Assembly (NCBI RefSeq): GCF_009914755.1
Contig: NC_060938.1
DNA: 64,000 nucleotides
Direction: 5' to 3' (one strand)
Source of the DNA: the human T2T-CHM13v2.0 reference genome, Homo sapiens
This document shows positions 1-11,892 of this stretch, piece after piece. Position numbers and translations under genes: made by a program. How positions within the stretch are numbered: the stretch's first letter is position 1; every line of letters begins with the position of its first letter. The notes below the pieces were generated by a model. The model saw only the letters and a program-made list of their open reading frames with translations, was not told the DNA's origin and did not search any database.

Positions 1-757
1 AGACCTAAAAATTAAAATGCAAATTCTTGTAAAAACATAATGAAGTGATAGAAAAACCTGGGCAAAAGACCAAATTAAATGTAGGCCCTTGCTTTGTTTC
101 GGTGGGGAATTAAGTAAGGAGACCAAAAAGATTTAAAATATTATCATCAAGAGCAAAATGTAGGAAAATGAGACTAAGAACAAAAATAAATCAACAAACA
201 CTTTTCAGGTGGCACAGCATTGTCCAGGGTTGGTGCTGATTACTTTTAACAGAATTGGACCAAAAGCAGACTATACGTAGAGATTTTTGGTCATTTACAG
301 GCCAATTCATAATGCTCTGTTTGTATGATGTACATTTAAAAATAAACAAGAATAGCTGTATTCACATGTAGGTAAAAAAAATAAACATAAGTTAAAGAAT
401 ATACAGCATGATCCTATTTTAATAAAAATATAAAAATGCATGTATATCTTTATATATAAAGATAAAAAATGTGTGCATTAAAACCCTAGTTATTAGTGGG
501 ATTACCAATGGTTACTGTCTTCTTGTTAATATTGTTCCTAAGTGTTCCATAATGAATATGTATTATATCATAGAAGTTATGAAAGTTTCTAGTGAAGATT
601 CCTTTCTTCAGGAACGTTTTAAGGGAGCTATCATTATTTTACACACTTTTCATTCTCAGCTAAACAGAACGCTATGGTTTTTCAGAAAACCATAGACTTG
701 TAAGACAAAAGAAATCCATACTAGGCTTAATTATAGTTTTCTGGAAAATTTACTTAC

Positions 758-932
758 AGTATACATCCACTCTGATTGACTTTATCGCTGGAGACCCCAA
801 GCCATTCTCTGCTTTACAGTAATACCGGCCTCCTTGGTGTCGCTGAATATTTGTAATCCTCAAAGTCTCATTGAAGACACTTGAGTCTTGGAATCTGTCA
901 GAGGCACTTCCTGCTGTTTTGGTCCACCTGAT
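758..932 (-). CDS. MDGA2: Internal coding exon of MDGA2 (C-terminal half of first Ig-like domain; probably exon 3)
   Basis: Translates IRWTKTAGSASDRFQDSSVFNETLRITNIQRHQGGRYYCKAENGLGSPAIKSIRVDVY, with Ig hallmarks (C-strand W, LRITNI, GRYYC, NET sequon). It matches my recollection of MDGA2 rather than MDGA1. Minus-strand acceptor ttgctcag|ATC at 933/932 and donor TACT|gtaagt at 758/757. Length 175 nt, phase 0 in and phase 1 out. Confidence 0.93.
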
Positions 933-3058
933 CTGAGCAAGCATCAACAAAGATTGTTACTTTAGGTTGGTTTTCCCACAGAGAAATCAAATAGCAATCA
1001 CTCATTTGAAGAGTTTGCATTTAGAGCTGCTACATTGCCTCTCCCATCAAATTATTGAAGAAAAAATTAATGTTTACAGACACGATTGAATTAAAAAATT
1101 TTTAATGTAATGTCATCATTGTACAGTGTGTGTAATTTGAATTCAATTGCATAGAATTCATCAATTGCCTAGTCAGTGTGGAGGGCAATATAAACTATAA
1201 CATAAAGGGAGTTAAATATCAGTAGTACATTGAAAATATAGATTAACTTTTCTTTTTGTTGGACATTTATATCTGTTTTTCATATTTTCCAAACCTTGTG
1301 AGATAATTTTACTTATTTTGTCCAAGTAGGTTCTCATTTTATTTTTGGACATGCCTCATTCTTTTATTTGAAATTTTCTATTTGATTTGAATAGTTTAGA
1401 CATAATACCATAATGGCTTATTAAGATTATGTATAATTTTAAACACCTGGTTGTTTAAGAGTTTGTTTTCCTTTGATGGCTTTGCTTAATAAGCCCACAA
1501 ATGATTTGTCTATTTTGATCATCAGTATTCACTTTACATCAATAATTATTTTAAAAAATAATGTAAACTTTTCAAGGAGAACATTTCTACTAAACTGCCA
1601 AAACATTTTGAATATCTAAAACATTTCATTATAAACAATACCATTATTTTAAACACAGCTGTCTACAACAGACTTCGTTTTTGCTGGCAATAATGACTGG
1701 TATTCAACTCAACTTTTGTGTATTTTAGTGTATAAAACCTGAATAAAAGCCACATACTCATACTGTAAAGTGATACAAAATAGAAAGTAAAAATAATTTG
1801 ATTTTATTTCCCTTTGTGCCCTGCTATATATTTTAGTTTGTTTTTAAGGTTGAGAAACAGCTGATAGAAATCCTCTGTTCAAACACATATGCTGTGACAT
1901 GGAAAATGAAACTAAATACTGAATCATCAAAACAGAAATCCTATAATATTGCCATTATATATACCTATTTTCATATGAAGTTAATTAAAATGTATGAGCT
2001 AATGGCATAAAAAGTATCTTTAAAAGTTATCCACATAATTAAAATATCTATAAATATAACCACGTTTGCCCTTAATTGTGAATGGAATAAAAATGTTATT
2101 AAGAGATGAATTTTAAAAATCTGTAAATCACAAAAAGAAATATCAATATTTATTCCAAATCTTCTATATATATGGAATACACAAAGATGCAAATGGCATA
2201 ATTTCTGATTTCCAGTAGTTTATAAATGTATTACTGACATACCCATAAGAAGAAAAGGAGAAATTTGTAAATTATGTCAAAAATGGAAGCATACTAACAC
2301 TTTCACTTAGCAATTATCTGGTTAAAATTTACCTTACTAACATATTTGCAAAATAATGCATAGAAATTAGCCTACTGTATGTATAAAACTGTAACATTGG
2401 AAATGATATAAATGCTAAACGATAGGTGGTTATAAATTGACTCTAAAATTGAACTGAATACAGTCATTAGAAAAAATAAAATACAAAATGTATTATTAAG
2501 TTAAAAAAGACAAAAAGCAAGAAACAAGAGAATAGTCTCGTCTGTGTAAAAATAGCATATGTGTGTATTCATGTGTGTACATATTACTAAATGTTTATTA
2601 AAATTACACAAGGAAACATACAAAACTCTGTAAATGGGACTGGGAGTAAAAAGAGGATAGTGAAATATGTTATTTTCTTAAGTTTTATTTTAAATTCTTA
2701 TTTATACTTAATTTACTTTACCAGAAGCAAATATTGTTTATTGTAAAGAAGTTTTAAAAATGAAACAATTCTCAAATGAAACATAGGAAATAGAAAAGTA
2801 GAAAATAGAAGTAGAAAGAAATGCAAATAATCACTTAGAAAATTTTTCCTCCCTTTTTATTCTCTACTTTTAAGAAATAAATACTGAAATAAAATATTTC
2901 TGAGTGGTAGAAAGACATAAATTTACACATTGGAAGAGTTTACCAAGTCACATGCCTAACTGATGAGAAAAGAAACCTCCATACATACTCCGATAAAAGT
3001 TGTGACCTCAAAGTCTACAAAGAAAATTGTTCAGGCTTCCAGGAAAAAGGGACAAACT

Positions 3059-3460
3059 TGTAATGTCACAGAGCCCAGTCACTCCCTAATGTTGTCTTTC
3101 CTTCTTCTTAAACCCCAAATTATTAATCGCCACATGGCTGCCCAGGATAAAGACATTTCCCAGCCATCCATTTAGCCACATTCTTGCTGTTTCAAGCAGA
3201 AATGTCCTTACAGGGAAGCAGCACTTCATGTTTTGCACAGTTTTGGTAGCTTCCATTTGAACAGTGGGCCGATTTGAAACAAAAATCAAGCACAGAGAAG
3301 TAGTAAAATAGAAGAAATCTGAAATCCTGACACCATGGAGTTATACCTAACCTAAACTATTTATAGCCCTGGACTTCTATATGGGGAAAAATAAAATTTT
3401 TGTTTACTTGTTATTCAGATTTTTCTGTGACTGATAGCCAAACTCAATTCTAATTGATTT
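3059..3460 (+). mobile_element. Old MLT1-type MaLR LTR
   Basis: cacatggctgcccag..catttcccagcc and a 3' end gatagccaaactcaattctaattgat resemble MLT1J/K. Confidence 0.55.
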
Positions 3461-4136
3461 TCCTGGAGTGGTATGGAGGTCAGTTTGTCTTCAGCATTCT
3501 CATCTCCAACACGGAAAGCTCAAAAACAGTGGAATAACATCCACATTTACTGAAAAAGGTGAGGGAAAGGGCTATCTCCCAATATCCCATATCCATTCAA
3601 GAGCTCATTTGTGTGAAATAAAAATATTCAGTGATATGCAAACATTCATTAACCTCAGGGTTCAAATAGCCCCCCATGATGAAAATATTTGAAATAATAC
3701 TCTAACTCCCAACTAACGAATTGTATCTGAGGTCTGGGATTGTGAGAAGATATAGAAAAGCATATTGTGGTGGGCAGTTAATAGATATTCATTTAATGAA
3801 TAAGGAGGATTTCCTTGGGTTAGTATACAATTTAAATACTAAATAAAGTTTTTTAAAACCAAAAGGACATAGAATAAGATTTGTAATAACCTAGCAAAAC
3901 CTAGAAGTTTGGGTGGGAATGTAATGCAAAGCAGAGGTAACATTGTAGGGATGGAAGGAAAGGAAAGGAGAGAAAAAAGTTACTCTGGAATCTTAAACCT
4001 TGGGATAGTTGAAAGGGGAAAATGTGTCCCTGTGGGTGAAACAGATCTTGTTTATACATTTTAAAAAGCATAAATGTCAATTAAAGTATCACAAAAAAAT
4101 CAGTTTCATTAATGGAAGGAAAAATGAGATAAAGAG

Positions 4137-4434
<298 letters not shown>

Positions 4435-4539
4435 GAGATTACGGGAAGTGAGTGGAAAAAATAGAAACTTGGTAAAATGATGAGAAAAATAGGGCAAAGG
4501 TAAAAGAAAAATGTATAATTTAAAATAAATATACATTTA

Positions 4540-4780
4540 ATTTTTATTTTATTTTTAATTGGCAAATATATATATGTGTGTATATATATTTGGGGTACGA
4601 TGTGATGTTTTAATATAAGTTTACATTGTGGAATGATTAAATCAAGCCCATTGACAATTTCATCTCCTCGAATTTTTTTTGTGGTGAAACATTTAAAACC
4701 TACTCTTTTATTAATTTTGAAACCAGTTAACAGTACATTATTATTAACTAGAGTCACCATTCTATGCAATAGACCACTAT
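4540..4780 (-). mobile_element. L1MA-type 3' end fragment
   Basis: tttttaattggcaaa..ggggtacgatgtgatgtttt..gaatgattaaatcaagc is a typical reverse-complement L1MA 3'UTR. Confidence 0.7.
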
Positions 4781-4789
4781 ACAGTAAGA

Positions 4790-5640
4790 TACAACACTTA
4801 TATCAGTCATAGACTAGATGTGAATAGATTGAATTTATCCACTAAAAGAGCCTACTAGACTGAATTTAAAAGTTAAAACAAGCTTGCGTACAGTTAACAT
4901 CTAATAAAAATAAATGATTGGAACAATAGAAAATTGGAAGCCAAGATGGGAAAAGAAGGCATGGATAAAGTTGTAATGGAATTATGTAAACTAAAATCAA
5001 TCAACCAATTAGGAGTGATAATATTTATATATAATAAGATTAAATTAATAATAAATTTGCAGTTAAAAACTAACAGGGAGAGAAAGACATCACTTTTTGT
5101 AATATTAAAAGTCAAAAGCATAAATATATTACTTGTGATTGGTATTCAGTAAAGTACAGAGCCACTAAAGACAAAAAGCAAACAAAATTAAAAAGGGAAG
5201 AATTTGACAAACACGCAATTGCAGTAGAAAGTTACAATACAGCTTTCTGAGATTCAGGCAGTTCTTGATAGTGCAACTTTTTAAGTTAAGAGGAAATACA
5301 GGACAAACTAAAAAAATACAATAAACATATAAGACTAATAAATATACAGAAAGTCATCTATCCACAAGGTAATTTTTTTCTTATGTCCATTAAATATTTA
5401 CAAAAATTGATCATGTAGTTGATAGCAAAGTAAACCTTCACTAATCAAAAATTAGAGGTAGGACAGGCATGCTATTGAAACTTAGTTCAATACAGCTATA
5501 AATAAATTATCAAAAGATGACTAATACATGGAAACCTTTATTCACATTGTTATTGTTCAAAGAGAAAATTAAAAGGAAAATTGCTAAGTATCCAGAAGCC
5601 GATGAATAGAAAACCATTTCATACTAAAATCCATGAATAC
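4790..5640 (+). mobile_element. Degraded old L1 ORF2 (endonuclease region)
   Basis: A-rich; gatgtgaatagattgaatttatccactaaaaga resembles the NVNGLNSPIKR-coding segment, and tttacaaaaattgatcatg resembles FTKIDH. Confidence 0.5.
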
Positions 5641-5643
5641 AGT

Positions 5644-5995
5644 TGTACGAGTCTGTTTTCACGCTGCCTGTAAAGACATACCTGAGACTGGGAAGAAAAA
5701 GAGTTTTAATTGGACTTACTGTTCCAAATGGCTGGCAAGGCCTCAGAATCATGGCAGGAGGTAAAAGGCACTTCTTACATGGTGGTGGCAAGAGAAAATG
5801 AGAAAGAAGCAAAAGCGGAAACACCTGATAAACCCGTCAGATCTTGTGAGACTTATTCACTACCACAAGAATAACATGGGAAAGATCGGATCCCATGTTT
5901 AAATTACCTTCCCCTGGGTCCCTCCTAGAACATGTGGGAATTCCGGTAGATAAAATTCAAGTTAAGGTGGGTGGGAACACAACCAAACCATATCA
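5644..5995 (-). mobile_element. THE1A-like solo LTR
   Basis: tgtacgagtc...aaaccatatca termini; perfect 5-bp TSD ACAGT (5639-5643, 5996-6000). Confidence 0.9.
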
Positions 5996-6452
5996 ACAGT
6001 GAAAAGAATACACACAGGAAAATATAAACCTTAAGTACCCTCTACATATTAAGGAATGAATGAATGAATGAATAAAAAACTCATCTGAATTTATTTTAAC
6101 TTAATTCAGTACTCATCAGCATTTATTTTAATTTAATGTTGGTTTGGGCTGTATCGTAAACTACTGCTTAAGATTGTTTAGGAGAGAGGAACAGGCAAAA
6201 AGCAGCTGCTACTTGTTTTTTACAGAAGGTTCTAGAAGCTGCCTCATGACACTGCTTATATGATATGGTTATTCTTCCTTAGTTACAAGAAAGGCTAGGA
6301 AATATACTCTTTACTCTGAATAGCACCTTCTTCCTATCCCCCAGCTAAAATTTGATAGTTACTTAACTCTGGAAAAACAGAAGAGTGGATGTTTCGGACA
6401 ACCCCTGGTTTCACAATGTGAATAAAATACATCCAGATTTCAGATATGCTAT

Positions 6453-6822
6453 TGTATTAGTCCGTTCTCATGCTGCTATGAAGAAATACCCAAGACTAGG
6501 TAATTTATAAAGGAAACAGGTTTAACTGACTCACAGTTCTACATGGCTGAGGAAGCCTCAAGAAAATTACAATCATGGGGGAAGGGGAAGCAAAAACATC
6601 CTTTTTCACATGGCGGCAGGAGAGAGAAGTGCCAAGCAAAGCTGGAAAAGCCCCTTAAAAAACAATCAGATCTTATGAGGATTCACTATCATGAGAACAG
6701 CATGGGGGTAACCACCCCCATGATTCAATTATCTCTCACTGGATCCCTTCTACCACACACGGGGATTGTGGGAGCTACAATTCAAGATGAGATTTGAGTG
6801 GGGACACAGACAAACCATATCA
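6453..6822 (-). mobile_element. THE1C/D-like solo LTR
   Basis: tgtattagtcc...aaaccatatca termini; 5-bp TSD GCTAT (6448-6452, 6823-6827). Confidence 0.92.
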
Positions 6823-7014
6823 GCTATATTATTACATTTGTGTTTAAATCCTCTTACAATTTAACATTAAACTCATTTCTGTAAAAATAACATTAACAGA
6901 AAAAGAATGATACTAGAGTTTAGGAAATACTTTTCTTGGTAACTCTCTTCCTAATCTGAAGAAACAACATGGAGATTCTCTTATTTCAGGCCTATTCAAT
7001 TCCCAATAGAGTCT

Positions 7015-7060
7015 GATATAGATATAGATATAGATATAGATATAGATATAGATATAGATA
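7015..7060. repeat. (GATATA)n hexanucleotide repeat, about 7.5 copies
   Basis: Directly visible perfect array. Confidence 0.95.
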
Positions 7061-7820
7061 TTTCCTGAAACATCATTGCTTTTACATAGCCTTAAATTAA
7101 ATCTGTATTGACTGAGATAATCTTAGGAAAATATTAAAAACCTGAAGCATAGATAGACTTGGCTGAATCCAAAAAGTATATTGTGTAGATGCAACAAACT
7201 CAATAAATACTTTGACCTGAGACTTCTAGGTTGCCCCATTTAATTAATGTCTAGTGAATGAGGATTTGTACACTGAAGCTCCTTTCTATTGTTTGCCAAG
7301 GAGTTCAGCCAGATGTACTCATGTCAATGTGAGCATTGTCCCAGCATTATTTGTACTCTGAAGGAAGATCCTTTAGCATTAAAAGAATCCTTGAGAAAAA
7401 AATTACATAAACATCACCTGATCTGCTATAATTATTGGGATGATCTGCCACCAGAGCCTTGGGAACTAAACCTAAAAAGGTTACAGAGTGCCAGCCTGCA
7501 AGAATATTAAGAACTATCAATGGTACGTAATTATTAATAGGCAGAGTTTATTAGAGTTTTCAAAATAAAAATTATCCTTTTGTCCTGCACTGATATCAGG
7601 GAAAATTACAGAGGAAATAGGTTCTCTTTGAATTACTTATTAGAATAAGTGGAATTCTGAATGGCACAGAACTCTAGAGCATACAGGTTCAATTTTTAAT
7701 AAATTGTATCAGTCTACAATAATTATAGCAATATGTCACACTTATTTCTGAATCTGTTTTTATAAAAAAAGAACCACAATTTTCTAACAAAGCAACAAAA
7801 TTTTAACCTTAACATTTCTC

Positions 7821-8562
7821 TGCAAATCAAAACCACAATGAGATACCATCTCACACCAGTTAGAATGGCAATCATTAAAAAGTCAGGAAACAACAGGTGC
7901 TGGAGAGGATGTGGAGAAATAGGAACACTTTTACACTGTTGGTGGGACTGTAAACTAGTTCAACCATTGTGGAAGTCAGTGTGGCGATCCTCAGGGATCT
8001 AGAACTAGAAATACCATTTGACCCAGCCATCCCACTACTGGGTATATACCCAAAGGACTATAAATCATGCTGCTATAAAGACACATGCACACGTATGTTT
8101 ATTGCGGCACTATTCACAATAGCAAAGACTTGGAACCAACCCAAATGTCCAACAATGATAGACTGGATTAAGAAAATGTGGCACATAGACACCACGGAAT
8201 ACTATGCAGCCATAAAAAAGGATGAGTTCATGTCCTTTGTAGGGACATGGATGAAATTGGAAATCATCATTCTCAGTAAACTATCGCAAGGACAAAAAAC
8301 CAAACACCGCATGTTCTCACTCATAGGTGGGAATTGAACAATGAGAACACGTGGACACAGGAAGGGGAACATCACACTCTGGGGACTGTTGTGGGGTGGG
8401 GGGAGTGGGGAGGGATAGCATTAGGAGATATACCTAATGCTAAATGACGAGTTAATGGGTGCAGCGCACCAGCATGGCACATGTATACATATGTAACTAA
8501 CCAGCACATTGTGCACATGTACCCTAAAACTTAAAGTGTAATAATAATAAATAAAAAAAAAA
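7821..8562 (+). mobile_element. 5'-truncated young L1 (L1PA2/3-like): ORF2 C-terminus, 3'UTR and poly(A)
   Basis: ORF 7969-8337 gives L1 ORF2 end ..EIPFDPAIPLLGIYPKDYKSCCYKDTCTRMF..SLIGGN. G-rich 3'UTR and A tail present; CATTTCTCT flanks both ends (TSD). Confidence 0.96.
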
Positions 8563-8737
8563 CCATTTCTCTACTCAATGCATAAGAACCCATTTTTCTA
8601 GTATATCCAGAATATTAGGGACCATGATTACTATTACTATTACCACCACCACTACTACTACTAAGATGCAATTTAAAATATTTCTGCAAGATATATGCAG
8701 ATAAGAAGCTCATGGCAGTAATAGAAAAAGGGAGCCT

Positions 8738-8948
8738 GGCCGGGAGCAGTGGCTCACGCCTGTTAACTCCAGCCCTTGGGGAGGCCGAGGCAGAAGGATG
8801 GATTGAAGCCAGGAGTTTGAGACCAGTCTGGGCAACATAGGGAGACCCCTATCTCTACAAAAAATAAAAATAAAAAAATTTCCTGGCTGCAGTGAGTTAT
8901 GATGGCACCACTCCAGCCTGGGCAACAGAGTGAGACACTGTCTCACCA

Positions 8949-8991
<43 letters not shown>

Positions 8992-8993
8992 AT
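8738..8993 (+). mobile_element. AluJ-type element with internally deleted right arm and (TAAA)n tail
   Basis: Left arm and A linker join directly to ggctgcagtgag; about 11 TAAA units follow. Confidence 0.85.
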
Positions 8994-9839
8994 GGGAGGA
9001 GTCTGAAGAACAAGGGATTCACAAAGTAGGTCTACTCACTATGCGGAAAACAGAATGATGAAGAGGGACTCATCACGGTAGACAAGTAAGAAACAGGTAA
9101 AATAGCGGGGCGAGGACATAATATTTCTGAACACTAGATGGGCCTTAAAGCAGATAGCAATAGGTTTTCCGATCCTTTTTTCCCTTTGTCTTTTCTTTGA
9201 ATTTAACCTTTGAGGAATTTATTCACCTCTGTGAATAAACAATCGGAGAAAACAGATAAACTTAGTACTTCTCTTAAACAGCATCAGACTTCCTATATGC
9301 ATGTGGAGCACTACGATAGGGCCTGCTGGCACTATTTCACACTAGAGGTGACAGGAGGGTACATCTTGGTGCAAATGCTTATAAATATAAAATGCTGGAA
9401 ATGAATGCAATCATCATAGAGAAGTTTGATTTTGTCGCACTGCCAAGACATTACTCTTGGGCCCCAAAACCACCATTATCAGAATTCGGTCTCTTTAAAA
9501 GTTTACAAAATGTTATTGTTCCATCCTCTGATTTTAATGCCACAACAAGCTTAGAAGGTAAGAAAAATTTTCCTCCCCATTTTACAGCTCCAGTCCTTCC
9601 ATGACCGTGAGACTATGTGCTATTATATACTGGGATCCTTTCTGACTTGAAAGTTCTCCCTTTTTCCTTCATTTAGTATCTAGTTAACACCCTCCGGTCC
9701 TCCAGATATCATTTTTTTAGAAAGCTTTCCCTCTCTCATAAAGCTCTATTATGTCCTGCCCCCTTTGTTTCCATGGCAGTCTGAAATTCCCTCTGTGAGA
9801 GTTCTTATCACATGCTTTAGAAATCAGCTGTGTATATGT

Positions 9840-10284
9840 TGTAGGAGATAATAGGTGTTCTGTCTGATTCCCTTAGAGCCCTTTACCCTTCCTATATGTT
9901 ACCTCACTAGGACTTTTTGTTTCTCATGAAATAAGGTACTAGGGATTCAGAGTTACTTGCACTCAGAGGGAAAGCCTGGGAAATCTTGGGAGTTTATTCC
10001 CTACCCCTGTGACTCTTAGCCGATGAATGATTATTGTGGGATATGAAAGCCCTGCTCCCGTGCCTCTAGATGGGATAGATTCTGCAGCATAATTTACACC
10101 CCAATTTATTTGCAGTGTCAAGCTGACGCTAACCTCGTGAAACCACATCCTGGCTCAGCTTCCTCCCTTTCCTCTCCTGCTTTCTTGCTCCATTATCAGT
10201 TTCTTCTAAGGGCATTTCCTTAATAAATCACTTGCACATGAATCCTCATCTCAAGCTCCATTTCTAAAGAATCAGTCTTAAAAT
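9840..10284 (+). mobile_element. LTR16-like ERVL LTR
   Basis: 3' end cttaataaatcacttgcacatgaatcctcatctcaag is characteristic of LTR16. Confidence 0.7.
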
Positions 10285-10559
10285 ATAATAATTTTGCCTT
10301 AACCAATGGTAAGTTCATTAAGGCAAGGACTATTCGTAAACTTGGTATCTCCAGCCCAAATAACTGAGCCTGAGACACAGTAATGATTAAAAAAAAAAAT
10401 CATTGTTGCTTGAATTGTTTCCTGGCAATATAATTCTGCTGAGAATACAATTATGAATTAGACAAAATCTCACTCCACAATGCACCCAAAGTAGAATGAG
10501 TTTAGTCTATTTTGGTGGTTTTTACTTATCTCCTTGACTTCTGAACAGTTGACTGCCTT

Positions 10560-10850
10560 AAAGCCTCATCATTTTCTTTGTACATTCACTTCCTCAGTCA
10601 CTTCATGGAGTACTTTAAATACCATTTATGTAATGATGGCTCCTAAATTAGTATTTGTAGTTCAGGCCTTTCCCTTGAATCCCAGACTTTTAGCCACCAA
10701 GTGCCTGCTCTCCATCGCCAACATAACACATCCAAAATGAACTCTTGATCTCCCCTCCAAACCAACTCTCCCAGTCTTTCCCATCTCGATTACTGGTAAC
10801 TCCATCCTTCCAGTTATTTAAACCAAAACTTTACAGTCCACCTTGATGAA
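10560..10850 (+). mobile_element. L2 fragment
   Basis: tttaaataccatttatg..gaactcttgatctcccc..ttcccatctc..ccatccttccagtt L2 motifs. Confidence 0.7.
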
Positions 10851-10986
10851 AAGAGAATGTTAATAAAAACACAACATACTAGTATTTATCTTAGTTATAA
10901 AAAAAAATACTGGATCTGTGATAGACTTTAAAACATGTTTCATAACTTGAAAAGTAGTAAAATAGTCATTTACTAAATTTCCTGTT

Positions 10987-11892
10987 TGTCAGGGATCCCC
11001 AAGACCCCATCAAGGTTCAATGATTCACAGAGGACTTTGTGGAACTCATTATACAGTCTCTGACTGATTGTTTCACTTACGATTTGTTTGACTTAATGAT
11101 TTTTCTACTTGATTTTTGACTTTATGATGTGTGAAAACAATACACATTCAGTAGAAACTATACTTCAAATTTTGATCTTTTCAATAAATTACAGTAGATA
11201 CTCAACACTTTATTATAAAATAGGCTTTGTGTTAGATGATTTTGCCCAGTTGTATAATAATGTAACTGTTCTGAGCATCTTTAGCTAGCACATTAAGGTA
11301 GGCTAAGCTAAGCTACGATGTTCAGTAGGTTAGGTAAATTAATGCATTTTTTTCTGCTTACAATGGGTTTATTGGAATGTAACCTCATTGTAAGTCAAGA
11401 AGCATATGTATAGTAATATTCATGACTATGACATATTATAATGAAAGAAGGCAAAGCACAATCAGTAAAAGGAAAAGGTGCATTGGGCAAAGTTTGGTGA
11501 AAAAAGGATACAAGCTCCTGAGTCCTCTCCCTATGGAGTCACACAGGATATGTTTAATGTTGAATTATGACAACTCTTGTGAAATGCTGTCTAGCAGGGA
11601 AGTTCATTAGAAACTCAGTGCCCAAGATTTTTGCTGGGGGCTGGCCACTTAGGCACCCTCTGCCCAATATATCAAAATTCCAGTCTCCCAAAATTAAAGC
11701 AAATTTCCAGCATAAACTATATTGTTTGCAAAAAAAGAGAAAGAAATAGACATAGTGAGCCACTCTTATCAGCTGGAGAATGGTGGGACATTTCTTGAAG
11801 TCCAGATTCAGAGATGCCAGCCAAAGGCTAACCTGGCAAACAGGTATGGTATTTTCAAGCTTGCTAAATTAACTATTTTCTTTTTTTACACA
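10987..11892 (-). mobile_element. MER21-type LTR, interrupted by MER47
   Basis: tgtcagggatccccaagacc at one end; the reverse complement of the other end matches the MER21 start (gcctttggctggcatct..ctgataagagtggctcac). Confidence 0.75.
11054..11408 (-). mobile_element. MER47A/Tigger3-derived DNA transposon nested in MER21
   Basis: ctttattataaaataggctttgtgttagatgattttgccca..taggctaagcta; flanked by TA dinucleotides. Confidence 0.8.

Noticed and set aside
750-950. ORF 750-950 as a standalone 66-aa gene
   Set aside because: The MLMLAQ and CK ends are intronic read-through; splice sites delimit an internal exon at 758-932.
7969-8337. 122-aa ORF
   Set aside because: Truncated L1 ORF2 tail with no promoter or ORF1.
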